Shown: positions 54,668 to 63,696 of the stretch, piece after piece
How the letters are laid out: the number at the start of each line of letters is the position of its first letter
How positions within the stretch are numbered: the stretch's first letter is position 1
DNA from: Minisyncoccota bacterium
Lineage (GTDB): Bacteria; Patescibacteriota; Minisyncoccia; Phycocordibacterales; JAQTLZ01
DNA: 64,000 nt
Reading direction: 5' to 3'
Assembly: GCA_028711065.1 (NCBI GenBank)
Contig: JAQTSY010000004.1
Location: forward strand, 34,522 to 98,521
Made by a program: the position numbers and the translations under genes
The notes under the pieces: generated by a model
Databases searched by the model: none
Told to the model about the DNA's origin: nothing
Seen by the model: only the letters and a program-made list of their open reading frames with translations

Positions 54668-55756
54668 GTGAAGAATAAAAGTGTCACACACCCTTCGGGA
54701 AGGGTGATTTTGAAGCGTGTCGCTTCTGTTGTGCTTCATGTTTACGCTCTCATCATGCTTATTGCGGTGGGGCTTAGCATGCAAGCAGTGCTTTCTACTG
54801 TTTCGGCGTATCTTTTCATAAGATGCGTTATCGTCATCGTTCAGTTCGAGCGTGAAATAAGAAGAACTGACGAGGGCAAGGAGCGCAAGCATTTGAAAAA
54901 AGGAGACCGGGCAAAGCTCGCTCCCATTAACTGGCTGCGCAGTATCGGTTTCTTCAGTGTCCACGTTGTTGGAATTGCAGGGCCTTTTGTGGTTGGTTGG
55001 AGTTGGTGGGCGACAGGCCTCGCGGTCTTCCTCTACTATCTTCGAATGTTTTTTATTACCGGTTTCTATCATCGGTATTTCAGCCACAAGAGTTTCAAGT
55101 CATCTCGCCGATTTGTCTGTATTATGGCGTTTTGCGGAGCGACTGCTCTTCAAAGGTCGGCTATTTGGTGGGCGGCAATGCATCGAATCCACCACGCCCA
55201 TTCCGACCAAGACGAGCGAGACAGACATTCTCCCCTTGTCTGGAGTATTATTGAAACGCATTTTCTCTGGCTTAACAGAAAGGGCGCAAAAGTATTTACG
55301 CCTCTGCCAGACGAGTTCATGGATGATCCTACCTTCGTGAGGAGCCAGCAGTATCCATGGGTGTATTTCCCCGCTATCATCATGGCGCTTGGGTGCTACA
55401 TCTTGGGTGCAGTGCTCTCGCACTGGTTCTATGATGTCAGTGGCGGGCAGATGCTTGTCGCGTTCTTCACAAGCACAACGGCTTTGTATCACGGTACAGC
55501 CTTTGTGAACTCTATCACTCACATGATAGGGGAACGCGATCACGATACAAAAGACAATAGCGGAGATGTTTGGTGGCTGGTTCTGTTTGTTCTCGGAGAA
55601 TGGAAACATAATTATCACCACAATGATCCGAGGGCTGCCAAGGAAAGCGAATGTGATCCGACGTATTGGGGGCTTATTGTCCTCAAGAAGTTAGGCCTCG
55701 TTTGGGATTTTGTTCCAGCGAGAGAAGAAAGAAAGAAGTTGATCGAGGTCGCTTGA
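54668..55756 (+). CDS. membrane fatty-acid (delta-9 acyl-CoA-type) desaturase
   Basis: Three His boxes HRYFSH, HRIHH and HNYHH; VNSITH; AGGAGG SD before the GTG at 54668. Confidence 0.9.
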   Translation: MKNKSVTHPSGRVILKRVASVVLHVYALIMLIAVGLSMQAVLSTVSAYLFIRCVIVIVQFEREIRRTDEGKERKHLKKGDRAKLAPINWLRSIGFFSVHVVGIAGPFVVGWSWWATGLAVFLYYLRMFFITGFYHRYFSHKSFKSSRRFVCIMAFCGATALQRSAIWWAAMHRIHHAHSDQDERDRHSPLVWSIIETHFLWLNRKGAKVFTPLPDEFMDDPTFVRSQQYPWVYFPAIIMALGCYILGAVLSHWFYDVSGGQMLVAFFTSTTALYHGTAFVNSITHMIGERDHDTKDNSGDVWWLVLFVLGEWKHNYHHNDPRAAKESECDPTYWGLIVLKKLGLVWDFVPAREERKKLIEVA

Positions 55757-55814
55757 AATACAGCGACCTCTTTTATTTATCTTTATGATATTCTAAATAC
55801 ACATTTTCATTATT

Positions 55815-56435
55815 ATGCCGGAGAAGAAAAAGAAAAAATCGAAACATATTCATGTCAAAGATGTCTATTTTGCGGATATGGGAGGGAAGATGAAAAAGGG
55901 ATTTGGACGCTCTCTCATCAGGAAAATTTTTCATCGGCCTGTTTTTAAGCGTGAAATTCATCACAAAACTTTCTCGGCAGATTTTAGCGCCACAAAACTC
56001 CGATGGTACTCCAATCTTTTGAATATGTTCTACTTGAAGCTCGATGGTGCCGCCTCATGTTTTTTCACCGATGAAGGAACACTCGTGATTATTTTTATGG
56101 TCTGGGGAGATCCTGATGCAGAAGAATTTTTTGAAATGCCACAAATGAAAGATGAATTCGTGGAGGATAGAGAAGCGACGCAGAAAAAAAAGAAAAAAAG
56201 TTTGAAAGTGGACAAGGATTCAGTAAAGGAGGAAGTGAAGGATGACGGGTATCATTTGCAATATGAAGAGACATACAAAGACCACGGCAAGGAAGTGAAG
56301 ATGTTTGAACATATTATTTATTCCGGAATTGATAAGCTGGTTTTCCGAGCGATTGTCCCGCCAAAAGTGTTGCCAGAAACGTTGGATGATATTTTGGCGA
56401 TTGCAAAGTCGCTTCGGATAAAGGTAACTCAATAA
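55815..56435 (+). CDS. hypothetical protein
   Basis: 206-aa ORF with host-like codon style, followed by a terminator. Confidence 0.7.
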   Translation: MPEKKKKKSKHIHVKDVYFADMGGKMKKGFGRSLIRKIFHRPVFKREIHHKTFSADFSATKLRWYSNLLNMFYLKLDGAASCFFTDEGTLVIIFMVWGDPDAEEFFEMPQMKDEFVEDREATQKKKKKSLKVDKDSVKEEVKDDGYHLQYEETYKDHGKEVKMFEHIIYSGIDKLVFRAIVPPKVLPETLDDILAIAKSLRIKVTQ

Positions 56436-56442
56436 AAGACAG

Positions 56443-56489
56443 AACAGCCCCGCCCGACAAAGTCGGGCGGGGCTGTTGCGTTTTTTTTT
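56443..56489 (+). terminator. strong intrinsic terminator
   Basis: AACAGCCCCGCCCGAC-AAA-GTCGGGCGGGGCTGTT followed by a T-tract. Confidence 0.8.
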
Positions 56490-56570
56490 CGTAACGAGTA
56501 GGGTAGAGAGCGGAAGGTAAGGCAAAAACCTTGAATTTTGCCAACAGTTTTACTGTGGGAGGGCATTTCA

Positions 56571-57548
56571 ATGTCGGACTGTAAATTCGTAACGCTCCTT
56601 GAAGAGCGTTGGAAGAAGGGCAAATTCGCCTGCGTCGGGCTTGATTCGGAGCTCGGAAAGATCCCGGATTGCCTTAAGATGCAGACGAGTGATTCCACGA
56701 GTGCTGTCGTGAAATTCAATACGGAAATCATTAAAACCACGGCGGAACATGTCTGTTGCTTCAAGCCAAACGGTGCGTTCTATCTCGGTGAAGGTACCGC
56801 TGGAATGACAGCCCTTGATCGCACATTCCGGATAGCGGGGCAGTTGGCACCCTCAATTCCCCTCATCCTTGACCTCAAGGTGGGGGATATCGGCAACACC
56901 AATCGCGGCTACTTGAAGTTGCTGCTCGAACATCTCTGCGGCAACGCGATCACAGTGAACCCTTATGTCGGGGCGCACTGGGATCCTGATCCGACAAAAC
57001 ACGATGGCCTCCAGATTTTTCTCGAGGAGAAAGATATCGGCGTCTTCGTGCTCTGCCGCACATCGAACAAAGGCGCGACAGCCATTCAGGAAAGGCCTGT
57101 CATAGTGGGCGAAGCGGAATTTGAACACATGCAAGCTCTGGCGACTGCTGTTGATTGGAAAGGCACTGCCGGAGGATACATCATGCCGTTCTACCAGTAC
57201 ATCGCGCTCCTTGTGGATCGCGTCTGGAACAGGCACGGCAACTGCGCGCTGGTCGTCGGCGCCAATCATCCCAAACAACTCGCGGCTGTGCGCGAACTGT
57301 GCCCGAAGATACCGATCCTCATTCCTGCTTTTGGCAAACAGATCCAAGGCGAGGAAAACATCGTCAAGCAGACGGTCTTTGCCGGGCTCGATGCTTCCGG
57401 CGGCGGCATCATCTGCAACAATTCGCGCAATATCATCTTCGCCTCTGGCGGGGAAAATTATGCCGAGGCGGCGGGTGAAGCGGCCAAGAAGTTCAACGAT
57501 GAGATCTCAGGCTTCGTTTGCGACTGGCACGATGCGGCGAAGCAGTAA
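56571..57548 (+). CDS. pyrF: orotidine-5'-phosphate decarboxylase
   Basis: CVGLD, FKPN.AFY, ILDLKVGDIGNT, TVNPY, LCRTSN, LVVGA and NNSR. Confidence 0.93.
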   Translation: MSDCKFVTLLEERWKKGKFACVGLDSELGKIPDCLKMQTSDSTSAVVKFNTEIIKTTAEHVCCFKPNGAFYLGEGTAGMTALDRTFRIAGQLAPSIPLILDLKVGDIGNTNRGYLKLLLEHLCGNAITVNPYVGAHWDPDPTKHDGLQIFLEEKDIGVFVLCRTSNKGATAIQERPVIVGEAEFEHMQALATAVDWKGTAGGYIMPFYQYIALLVDRVWNRHGNCALVVGANHPKQLAAVRELCPKIPILIPAFGKQIQGEENIVKQTVFAGLDASGGGIICNNSRNIIFASGGENYAEAAGEAAKKFNDEISGFVCDWHDAAKQ

Positions 57549-57622
57549 CCCACTGGCTCACCCCGCCCGCGGCATTGTGCCGACGGGCGGAGGGCCGAAC
57601 ATAGCGAAAGGAGGAAATTCCA

Positions 57623-58303
57623 ATGCCGTCCAATAAGACAGAGGAACAATGGATGAAGGAGTTCACGCAAAGGGGGTCGCTCTGGATCCATGATGGAAAT
57701 CCGAAACGGCCTCATGCTCTTCTCACGAGCGGCGGACACAGCAACGGTTTCTTCAACGCAATCGAGAGCATCAAAGATCCGGATCTACTCGATGAAGCCT
57801 GTGATGACCTGCTCGATCTCCTCGATGAGGAGAAAGTGGTTGATAAGTCCGAAATGGTCATCGGCTCCGCGCTCGGCGCTGTTACCATTGCGTATCAGAC
57901 TGCAAAACAGCTTGTTGGTGTGAGCGCCGGCTGGACGGAAGAAGTGATCCTGGATCCGCCTGAGGATGCACCGGAGGGCGTAAAGGGAATAAAGATCATG
58001 GAGCTGAAACGCTTCGACATTAAGCCCGGAACGAAAATCCTGGTCGTCGAAGACGTGATGACAAGCGGTGCCACCACGGAGAAAACCATCGCCGGCATCA
58101 AGAAGAAGAACGGCATCGTCTTGCCGCAGATCGCCGTGCTTTTCAACAGGTCCGGCAAGACGCATCTCGGCGAGTACGAGATCGTCGCACTCATGACGCA
58201 TCCGCTCGAGAATTGGATGTCGCAGGACTGCCCTCTGTGCAAGAAGGGCTCGGAAGCAGTTCGTCCGAAGGCGAACTGGGCGAAGCTGACGGCAGCCTAC
58301 TAA
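57623..58303 (+). CDS. pyrE: orotate phosphoribosyltransferase
   Basis: LTSG.HS, PRPP loop LVVEDVMTSGAT, CPLC; follows pyrF. Confidence 0.88.
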   Translation: MPSNKTEEQWMKEFTQRGSLWIHDGNPKRPHALLTSGGHSNGFFNAIESIKDPDLLDEACDDLLDLLDEEKVVDKSEMVIGSALGAVTIAYQTAKQLVGVSAGWTEEVILDPPEDAPEGVKGIKIMELKRFDIKPGTKILVVEDVMTSGATTEKTIAGIKKKNGIVLPQIAVLFNRSGKTHLGEYEIVALMTHPLENWMSQDCPLCKKGSEAVRPKANWAKLTAAY

Positions 58304-58354
58304 ATAAGTACAGACAGATAAAGGATAGTGGCGCGAGGTGTAGAATCTACATCT

Positions 58355-58388
58355 TGCGCTTTTTTATTTGTCTGAATTTTGCTAGGGT
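58355..58388 (+). repeat. 34-bp direct repeat copy 1 (terminator tail plus promoter-like)
   Basis: TGCGCTTTTTTATTTGTCTGAATTTTGCTAGGGT versus 59156-59189; 3 differences. Confidence 0.8.
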
Positions 58389-58473
58389 GTGAGTGGTGGT
58401 CGCGCCGGTTTCTGTGCTCATTTCGAGTACGCTGGTTCGCCAAACCTTTCACACTGGATTAGAGGGGGTTCAT

Positions 58474-59106
58474 TTGAGAAAACAAATTGCTGAAGACAGA
58501 AGTCCGCCGGCGTCATCGCTACTGCAGATTGGTGCAGGGGATGACGCACTCGACGTTCTCAGCCTTTCTGGCGGGATATCGGGAGATCTCTTCCAGGACT
58601 TCGTCAGGGCAGGGATGTTCCCACACGTCATGAAGCATTTCGCCGCACGCTTGGTAGAGAATTCCGCGTTTGAGGACATTCGCGGGAGTCTCGATTGTCT
58701 CTGTGCCGTGTCTGTGGAGAGCATAAAGTTTGCCACCCACATCAGTGCACTCTGTGACTGTCGCGACATTTATCTCGAGCACGAAGAGAGGGATGTTGAC
58801 ACGAACATACAGCGTGAGGCATCAATGCTCGTGGTCGGACGGCACAAAATAGAGAGGGGAATACGCTACGGACTTGTCGACAACGTGCTCAATTTCTCGA
58901 CTGTCGACGAGGCTGCAAGGCTCATCATGAGTAAGGGTGGCATTGTCGTTGGGTTGTTTGGAATCCTGAATTGTTCGCCACGCTTTATCACCAGCTATGT
59001 GTCGCAAGGTGGCGCCATCAACCTGCCCGTAATCGCGGTGAAGCATGAGCCGAATCCCATAGAGGTGCCGTGGCAGAGTAAAGACAGGAACGTGAGGAGA
59101 ATGTAG
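58474..59106 (+). CDS. divergent PyrE-like phosphoribosyltransferase-fold protein
   Basis: Aligns by eye with the adjacent PyrE (LSLSGGISG..F; RHKIERG.RYGLVDNVLNFST). Probable TTG start after GAGGGG. Confidence 0.65.
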   Translation: MRKQIAEDRSPPASSLLQIGAGDDALDVLSLSGGISGDLFQDFVRAGMFPHVMKHFAARLVENSAFEDIRGSLDCLCAVSVESIKFATHISALCDCRDIYLEHEERDVDTNIQREASMLVVGRHKIERGIRYGLVDNVLNFSTVDEAARLIMSKGGIVVGLFGILNCSPRFITSYVSQGGAINLPVIAVKHEPNPIEVPWQSKDRNVRRM

Positions 59107-59155
59107 AAGAATGTAGTGAAAAGAGAATACAGTGCAGAGTCGCTCGCCCGGACTC

Positions 59156-59189
59156 TGCGCTTTTTTATTTGTTCGAATTTTGCTAGAGT
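59156..59189 (+). repeat. 34-bp direct repeat copy 2
   Basis: TGCGCTTTTTTATTTGTTCGAATTTTGCTAGAGT. Confidence 0.8.
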
Positions 59190-59196
59190 TCCCAGT

Positions 59197-60111
59197 ATGA
59201 AATCAAAACTGGTGAGTTTCGAGACTGAAGACGATTTGAGTCTTTCTGGCCTTCTGTATGAACCAAAAAACCGGTCGAAGAAAATCGCCATATTTTTGCA
59301 CGGAAATGGAAACGGGTCTATTTTTAATAACCCAGAATTACAAAATACTATTGGTGACGCGCTCACGAAAAAGGGCATTGCTTATTTCCCATTTAATAAT
59401 CGTGGGTCGGGTTACATAAGAAGTTTTAGTCGGATGGTAAAGGGCAAGAAAGTGAGACGAAATCAGGGTATGGCATTCGAGCTTATTAAGGATTGCGTGA
59501 TCGATATAGACGCCGCGCTTGCGGCCCTGCGCAAGCGCGGCTACTCCGAATTCTATCTCCTCGGTCATTCGACGGGAGCGAACAAAATCTGCGTCTACAA
59601 CTACTACAAACCGAAAAATATTTTCTCAAAATTTGTGCTGCTTGCACCAGGCGATGATGTCGGCGGGTATCTGGATATGTGGGGTCCGCAGAAATTCGGC
59701 GCAATGCTCAAGATGTCGAAAGATAAAATCAAAGCAGGGAAGGGAGATGAGCTTGTTCCACAAAATCTTTCCAGCTACAACTTTATTTCATTTAAATCCC
59801 TGTATGACACGATCAATCCTGATGGGGACTACAATGTTTTTCCGTATTTTGAAGTGTTGCATAATCTTGGTCTGACTAAAAAGAAAAAAATTTGGCGAGA
59901 ATACCAGAGTCTCAAAAAACCAACTCTCGTTCTCATGCCAGGAAAGGACGAGCATTGTTATGGAAAGATAAAAGAAGTAGTAAAAATGCTTCAGCAAAAT
60001 GCTCCCGGCAAAAATTTCGATTTCAAAATTCTTCCTGGTTCATTACACGGCTTTTGGAAAAAAGAAAAAGAACTCTCTAAGCTCCTTGCTGATTGGCTCG
60101 CTTCAAACTAA
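59197..60111 (+). CDS. alpha/beta hydrolase (DUF1749-like)
   Basis: LHG, NNRG, GHSTG, KDE and H.F. Confidence 0.85.
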   Translation: MKSKLVSFETEDDLSLSGLLYEPKNRSKKIAIFLHGNGNGSIFNNPELQNTIGDALTKKGIAYFPFNNRGSGYIRSFSRMVKGKKVRRNQGMAFELIKDCVIDIDAALAALRKRGYSEFYLLGHSTGANKICVYNYYKPKNIFSKFVLLAPGDDVGGYLDMWGPQKFGAMLKMSKDKIKAGKGDELVPQNLSSYNFISFKSLYDTINPDGDYNVFPYFEVLHNLGLTKKKKIWREYQSLKKPTLVLMPGKDEHCYGKIKEVVKMLQQNAPGKNFDFKILPGSLHGFWKKEKELSKLLADWLASN

Positions 60112-60120
60112 GATAGAACA

Positions 60121-60711
60121 ATGACAGCCGCAATCCTTCTCTACGTTCTTCATTTTAGTTATCTCGGTATTTTTGTTGTTGTTTTCGCCGAATCAGGATT
60201 TCTTCTCGGGTTTTTCTTGCCTGGAGATTCGCTCCTTTTTACCGCAGGCCTTCTTTCATCGCAGGCAATTTTTAATATTTGGATTCTCGTTCCTCTTATT
60301 GTCATCGGTGCAATTCTCGGCGACAGTTTCGGCTATTATATGGGTAACAAATTAGGCCCAAAGATTTTTGTGCGAAAAGATTCATTTTTCTTCAAACAAG
60401 AAAATGTTGAAAAGACAAATCATTTTTATGAGAAGTATGGAGTGAAAACGATCATCCTCGCGCGTTTTGTCCCAATTGTACGCACTTTCGCTCCCATCTT
60501 TGCCGGTGTTGGGGGAATGAAATACTCAACCTTTCTTTCTTACAACGTGATTGGAGGATTTCTGTGGGGTGCTGGAGTGACTCTTGCCGGCTTTTTCCTT
60601 GGCCGGGCGTTTCCTGGAATCGAACACTACGTCACTTATATTATCATCCTGATTATTCTCGTTTCTTTTGTCCCGATTCTCTTAGAGTATTTCAAGAAGC
60701 GAAAAGCTTGA
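60121..60711 (+). CDS. DedA family membrane protein
   Basis: FAESG, PGDSLLFTAG and ARFVP.VRT. Confidence 0.95.
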   Translation: MTAAILLYVLHFSYLGIFVVVFAESGFLLGFFLPGDSLLFTAGLLSSQAIFNIWILVPLIVIGAILGDSFGYYMGNKLGPKIFVRKDSFFFKQENVEKTNHFYEKYGVKTIILARFVPIVRTFAPIFAGVGGMKYSTFLSYNVIGGFLWGAGVTLAGFFLGRAFPGIEHYVTYIIILIILVSFVPILLEYFKKRKA

Positions 60712-60772
60712 AAAGTTTTGTAAAAGTTGTATAATAATCGCTTCAAAGAGTCCTTTCAGGAGGGTTTGAGTC

Positions 60773-60988
60773 ATGGCTGTAGATAAGGAGAAGTTAGAAA
60801 GAGATATCCTCTCGGCTCTGCTCTTAAGTCGTTGCATGATGACGCAGGGAGAGCTTCATCAGAGGCTTGGTACTTCTATTCCGATGTCCGACCTTCTCGA
60901 GGTCAAACAAGATCTCATCGAGCGCGGCCTCATCGAAGAAGATCCGGGTGGGAGAAGTCCTACGCTCATCCTTCTCGACGGAAAATAG
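60773..60988 (+). CDS. small winged-helix-like hypothetical protein
   Basis: AGGAGG SD, upstream TATAAT, and the pattern MTQGEL..RL...L...LIERGLIE. Confidence 0.6.
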   Translation: MAVDKEKLERDILSALLLSRCMMTQGELHQRLGTSIPMSDLLEVKQDLIERGLIEEDPGGRSPTLILLDGK

Positions 60989-61058
60989 TTTCCTCGCCAT
61001 TCCAGGGGCCTTACCGCTTCTGGATTTTTGTTTTTAGAGTATAATTTAAGAAATTTAT

Positions 61059-61760
61059 ATGACCACTTTCGGCCTCATTCTTCTTTGTTTCTTTCTTTTT
61101 GTCGGCTACGTCTCTATTTATCGGAGAAAAGATCTGTTCACTCCTACGCAGGATCGCATATTTTTCACGCATCTTGTTATCATCGTCTTATTTATTGCCG
61201 TGAGTGTTGTGAATGCCTTTCATCTTTTTGATCTCGTAAATTCCGGAGTCCACGATTTCCTCCAAACGTTTTGGAATTCGAGCTTCGATACGCCGATGAT
61301 CATGGCGAGCTTCCTCGCGAGTCCTGAAACGCTCGCGATCCTTTCCTGCCTTCTTCTTATCGTCCTTCACTTTAGGCATGAACGTGCACTTTTCTTTTTC
61401 ACTTTCATTTCGTTGGTGGGTGCCTTGGTTTCCAATCTCATCTTGAAAGATCTTTTCAAGCTGGCTCGTCCCACAGTTTCTCTCATCCCTGAAACTTTTT
61501 GGAGTTTCCCAAGCGGGCATTCGACGATGATCGTCGTATTTCTTTCGTGTTTGTATTACTGCTGGACTCGGATGTATCCAAATATGGGGAAATGGAAAAA
61601 GCAGGCCGCGCTCTTTGCCGTTTTTCTCCTCTCTCTTGTTGTTGGCTTCAGCAGGCTTTATCTCGGTGTTCATTGGCTCTCTGACGTCGTCGCTGGATTT
61701 CTCCTCGGTCTTTTCTGGGTGACTTTTGCATATTTGAGTCCTAGGCCAAAGTCTGTATAA
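61059..61760 (+). CDS. PAP2 family phosphatase
   Basis: K.....RP, SFPSGH and SRLYLGVHW.SDV. Confidence 0.93.
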   Translation: MTTFGLILLCFFLFVGYVSIYRRKDLFTPTQDRIFFTHLVIIVLFIAVSVVNAFHLFDLVNSGVHDFLQTFWNSSFDTPMIMASFLASPETLAILSCLLLIVLHFRHERALFFFTFISLVGALVSNLILKDLFKLARPTVSLIPETFWSFPSGHSTMIVVFLSCLYYCWTRMYPNMGKWKKQAALFAVFLLSLVVGFSRLYLGVHWLSDVVAGFLLGLFWVTFAYLSPRPKSV

Positions 61761-61769
61761 TCTGGCTTC

Positions 61770-62648
61770 ATGATACTTCTCGACGGAAAAAAAGTGAGTA
61801 AAGACAGGGCTCTTGAGCTGAAAGCGCAAGTTTCGGCTTTTAGAGTTGCGCCGACGCTCGCTATCTTGCAAGTGGGGGACGATGAACGTTCGAGCGCCTA
61901 TATCCGCCAGAAGAAACTTTTCGGCGAGAAGATCGGATGCAAAGTGTTGCATGTTACATTTGAGAATGCGGTTGCTCATTCTGACATTATTGAAAAGGTA
62001 AAAGCACTGAATGCAGATGTGGCTGTTCATGGGATTATTTTGCAATTGCCGATCCCTGCCAATCTCGATTCGCGCTCTATTATTGAGGCAATCGATCCGA
62101 AGAAAGACGTGGATGGGCTCCACAGCGAAAACGCGAAAAAACTCGCGGACGGAGAGGAGAGCGGATTTATTCCTGCGACAGCGAAAGGAGTGATCTCGCT
62201 TCTTGATGCGTACAAAATTCCCATGAGTGGGAAAAAAGCGACGGTAGTGGGGCGCTCGGCTCTTGTGGGTACTCCGACAGCGCTTTGTCTTACAAATCGC
62301 GGCGCGAATGTGACAGTGGTACATCGCGCAACTGTGAATATTCCAACAAAAACAAAACAAGCTGACATCCTTGTGGTTGCGGCAGGACATGCAAAGCTTA
62401 TCGACTCTCGTCACGTTTCGCCAGGCCAGACCGTTATAGATGTAGGAATCAATTTAGTCACGGGGGAAAAGCTTGAGGATGAAATTCCCAAGAAAAAGTT
62501 GGTGGGTGATGTAGATTTTGATGCGGTGAAGGATATCGTTGGAGCTATTTCTCCGGTACCGGGAGGAGTAGGACCGATGACTGTTCTTTCGTTGTTTGAG
62601 AACCTCATTCTCGCATATGATAGAATGAGGACAGGCAATAGGAATTAG
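61770..62648 (+). CDS. folD: methylenetetrahydrofolate dehydrogenase/cyclohydrolase
   Basis: Y...K, GIILQLP, KDVDG, GRS.LVG.P, DVGIN and PVPGGVGPMT. Confidence 0.97.
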   Translation: MILLDGKKVSKDRALELKAQVSAFRVAPTLAILQVGDDERSSAYIRQKKLFGEKIGCKVLHVTFENAVAHSDIIEKVKALNADVAVHGIILQLPIPANLDSRSIIEAIDPKKDVDGLHSENAKKLADGEESGFIPATAKGVISLLDAYKIPMSGKKATVVGRSALVGTPTALCLTNRGANVTVVHRATVNIPTKTKQADILVVAAGHAKLIDSRHVSPGQTVIDVGINLVTGEKLEDEIPKKKLVGDVDFDAVKDIVGAISPVPGGVGPMTVLSLFENLILAYDRMRTGNRN

Positions 62649-62728
62649 GCTATAGGCAATAGATTGAAAAAGAGAAATATTATTATTTAATTTCTAGTGA
62701 CTAAGGCCTATCGCCTAAAGCCTAGTTT
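62632..62728. repeat. two inverted arrays of degenerate 7-bp tandem repeats
   Basis: cAGGCAA TAGGAAT TAGGCTA TAGGCAA TAGATTG (62632-62666) and CTAGTGA CTAAGGC CTATCGC CTAAAGC CTAGTTT (62694-62728). Confidence 0.7.
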
Positions 62729-62734
62729 AAAAAT

Positions 62735-63544
62735 ATGGACGAAAATAAAATAGGAGGCGGGACAAGCGTAGATCACTCACGAGTAAAAAAAGCTCTTGCG
62801 CTTTTTTTGGTGATCGTCTCAATATTCTTTGTTATAAAAACAGTCAACGAAGTAAAGAAGGGTGAGCTTATCGGAAGTGGTACAACAGCGACAAATCTCA
62901 TCTCTGTAACTGGGACGGGAGATGTTTCGGCAGTTCCAGATATCGCAACTTTTTCTCTGACAGTGACGAACTCTAATAAGTGGGCGACTCTTGCGCAGGA
63001 TGCTACAACAGAGAAAATGAATTCGGTTCTGAAAGTTTTGAAAGATACGTACAAAATTGATGACAGGGATATAAAGACGACAGGATATGACATTCAGCCG
63101 AATTATGACTATATTCAAAGCGTTTGTTCAGGCATACAGTGCCGACCATCTTCACAAGTGCTTCGAGATTATTCAGTATCGCAAAGCATAACCGTGAAGG
63201 TGCGTGATACTGCAAAGGCGGGCGATATCATTGCAGCTGTGGGGCAGCTTAATGTGAATTATTTGAGCGGCCTTACTTTCAGCATCGATAACCAAGATGC
63301 ACTCAACGAGCAGGCTCGAAAGAAAGCGATTGATCAGGCGAAATCGAAAGCGGAAGTATTGGCTGGAGATTTGGGTGTGAAGCTTGTGCGAATCGTAAAC
63401 TTTAGCGAGAACGGAAATTATCCGATAGCGTATGACAGAGGAATGATGGCTTCAGCGCCGATGGTGGAGAAAGTGGCGCCGGAGATTCCAAAGGGAGAGA
63501 ACAAAATTACTTCAAACGTAACGATTACGTACGAGATACGATAG
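62735..63544 (+). CDS. SIMPL domain (DUF541) protein
   Basis: ISVTG.G.V.A.PD.A, P.Y.Y, AR.KA...AK.KA..LA and GE......V...Y.I. Confidence 0.9.
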   Translation: MDENKIGGGTSVDHSRVKKALALFLVIVSIFFVIKTVNEVKKGELIGSGTTATNLISVTGTGDVSAVPDIATFSLTVTNSNKWATLAQDATTEKMNSVLKVLKDTYKIDDRDIKTTGYDIQPNYDYIQSVCSGIQCRPSSQVLRDYSVSQSITVKVRDTAKAGDIIAAVGQLNVNYLSGLTFSIDNQDALNEQARKKAIDQAKSKAEVLAGDLGVKLVRIVNFSENGNYPIAYDRGMMASAPMVEKVAPEIPKGENKITSNVTITYEIR

Positions 63545-63696
63545 GGGAAATGCAAAGCCCCGCGCCGATTTCATCGGCGCGGGGCTTCTTGCTTTCTTCT
63601 CCCGTGGATGATTATATGAATCAGGTAGTTTGTTCCATTGTGTTGTTTGTCATTTTTTGAGTTGAAACCCATTTTCCCTACGGGGGAGGAGATGCC

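Noticed and set aside
61188-62414. 408-aa minus-strand ORF
   Set aside because: Antisense to the well-supported PAP2 and folD genes.
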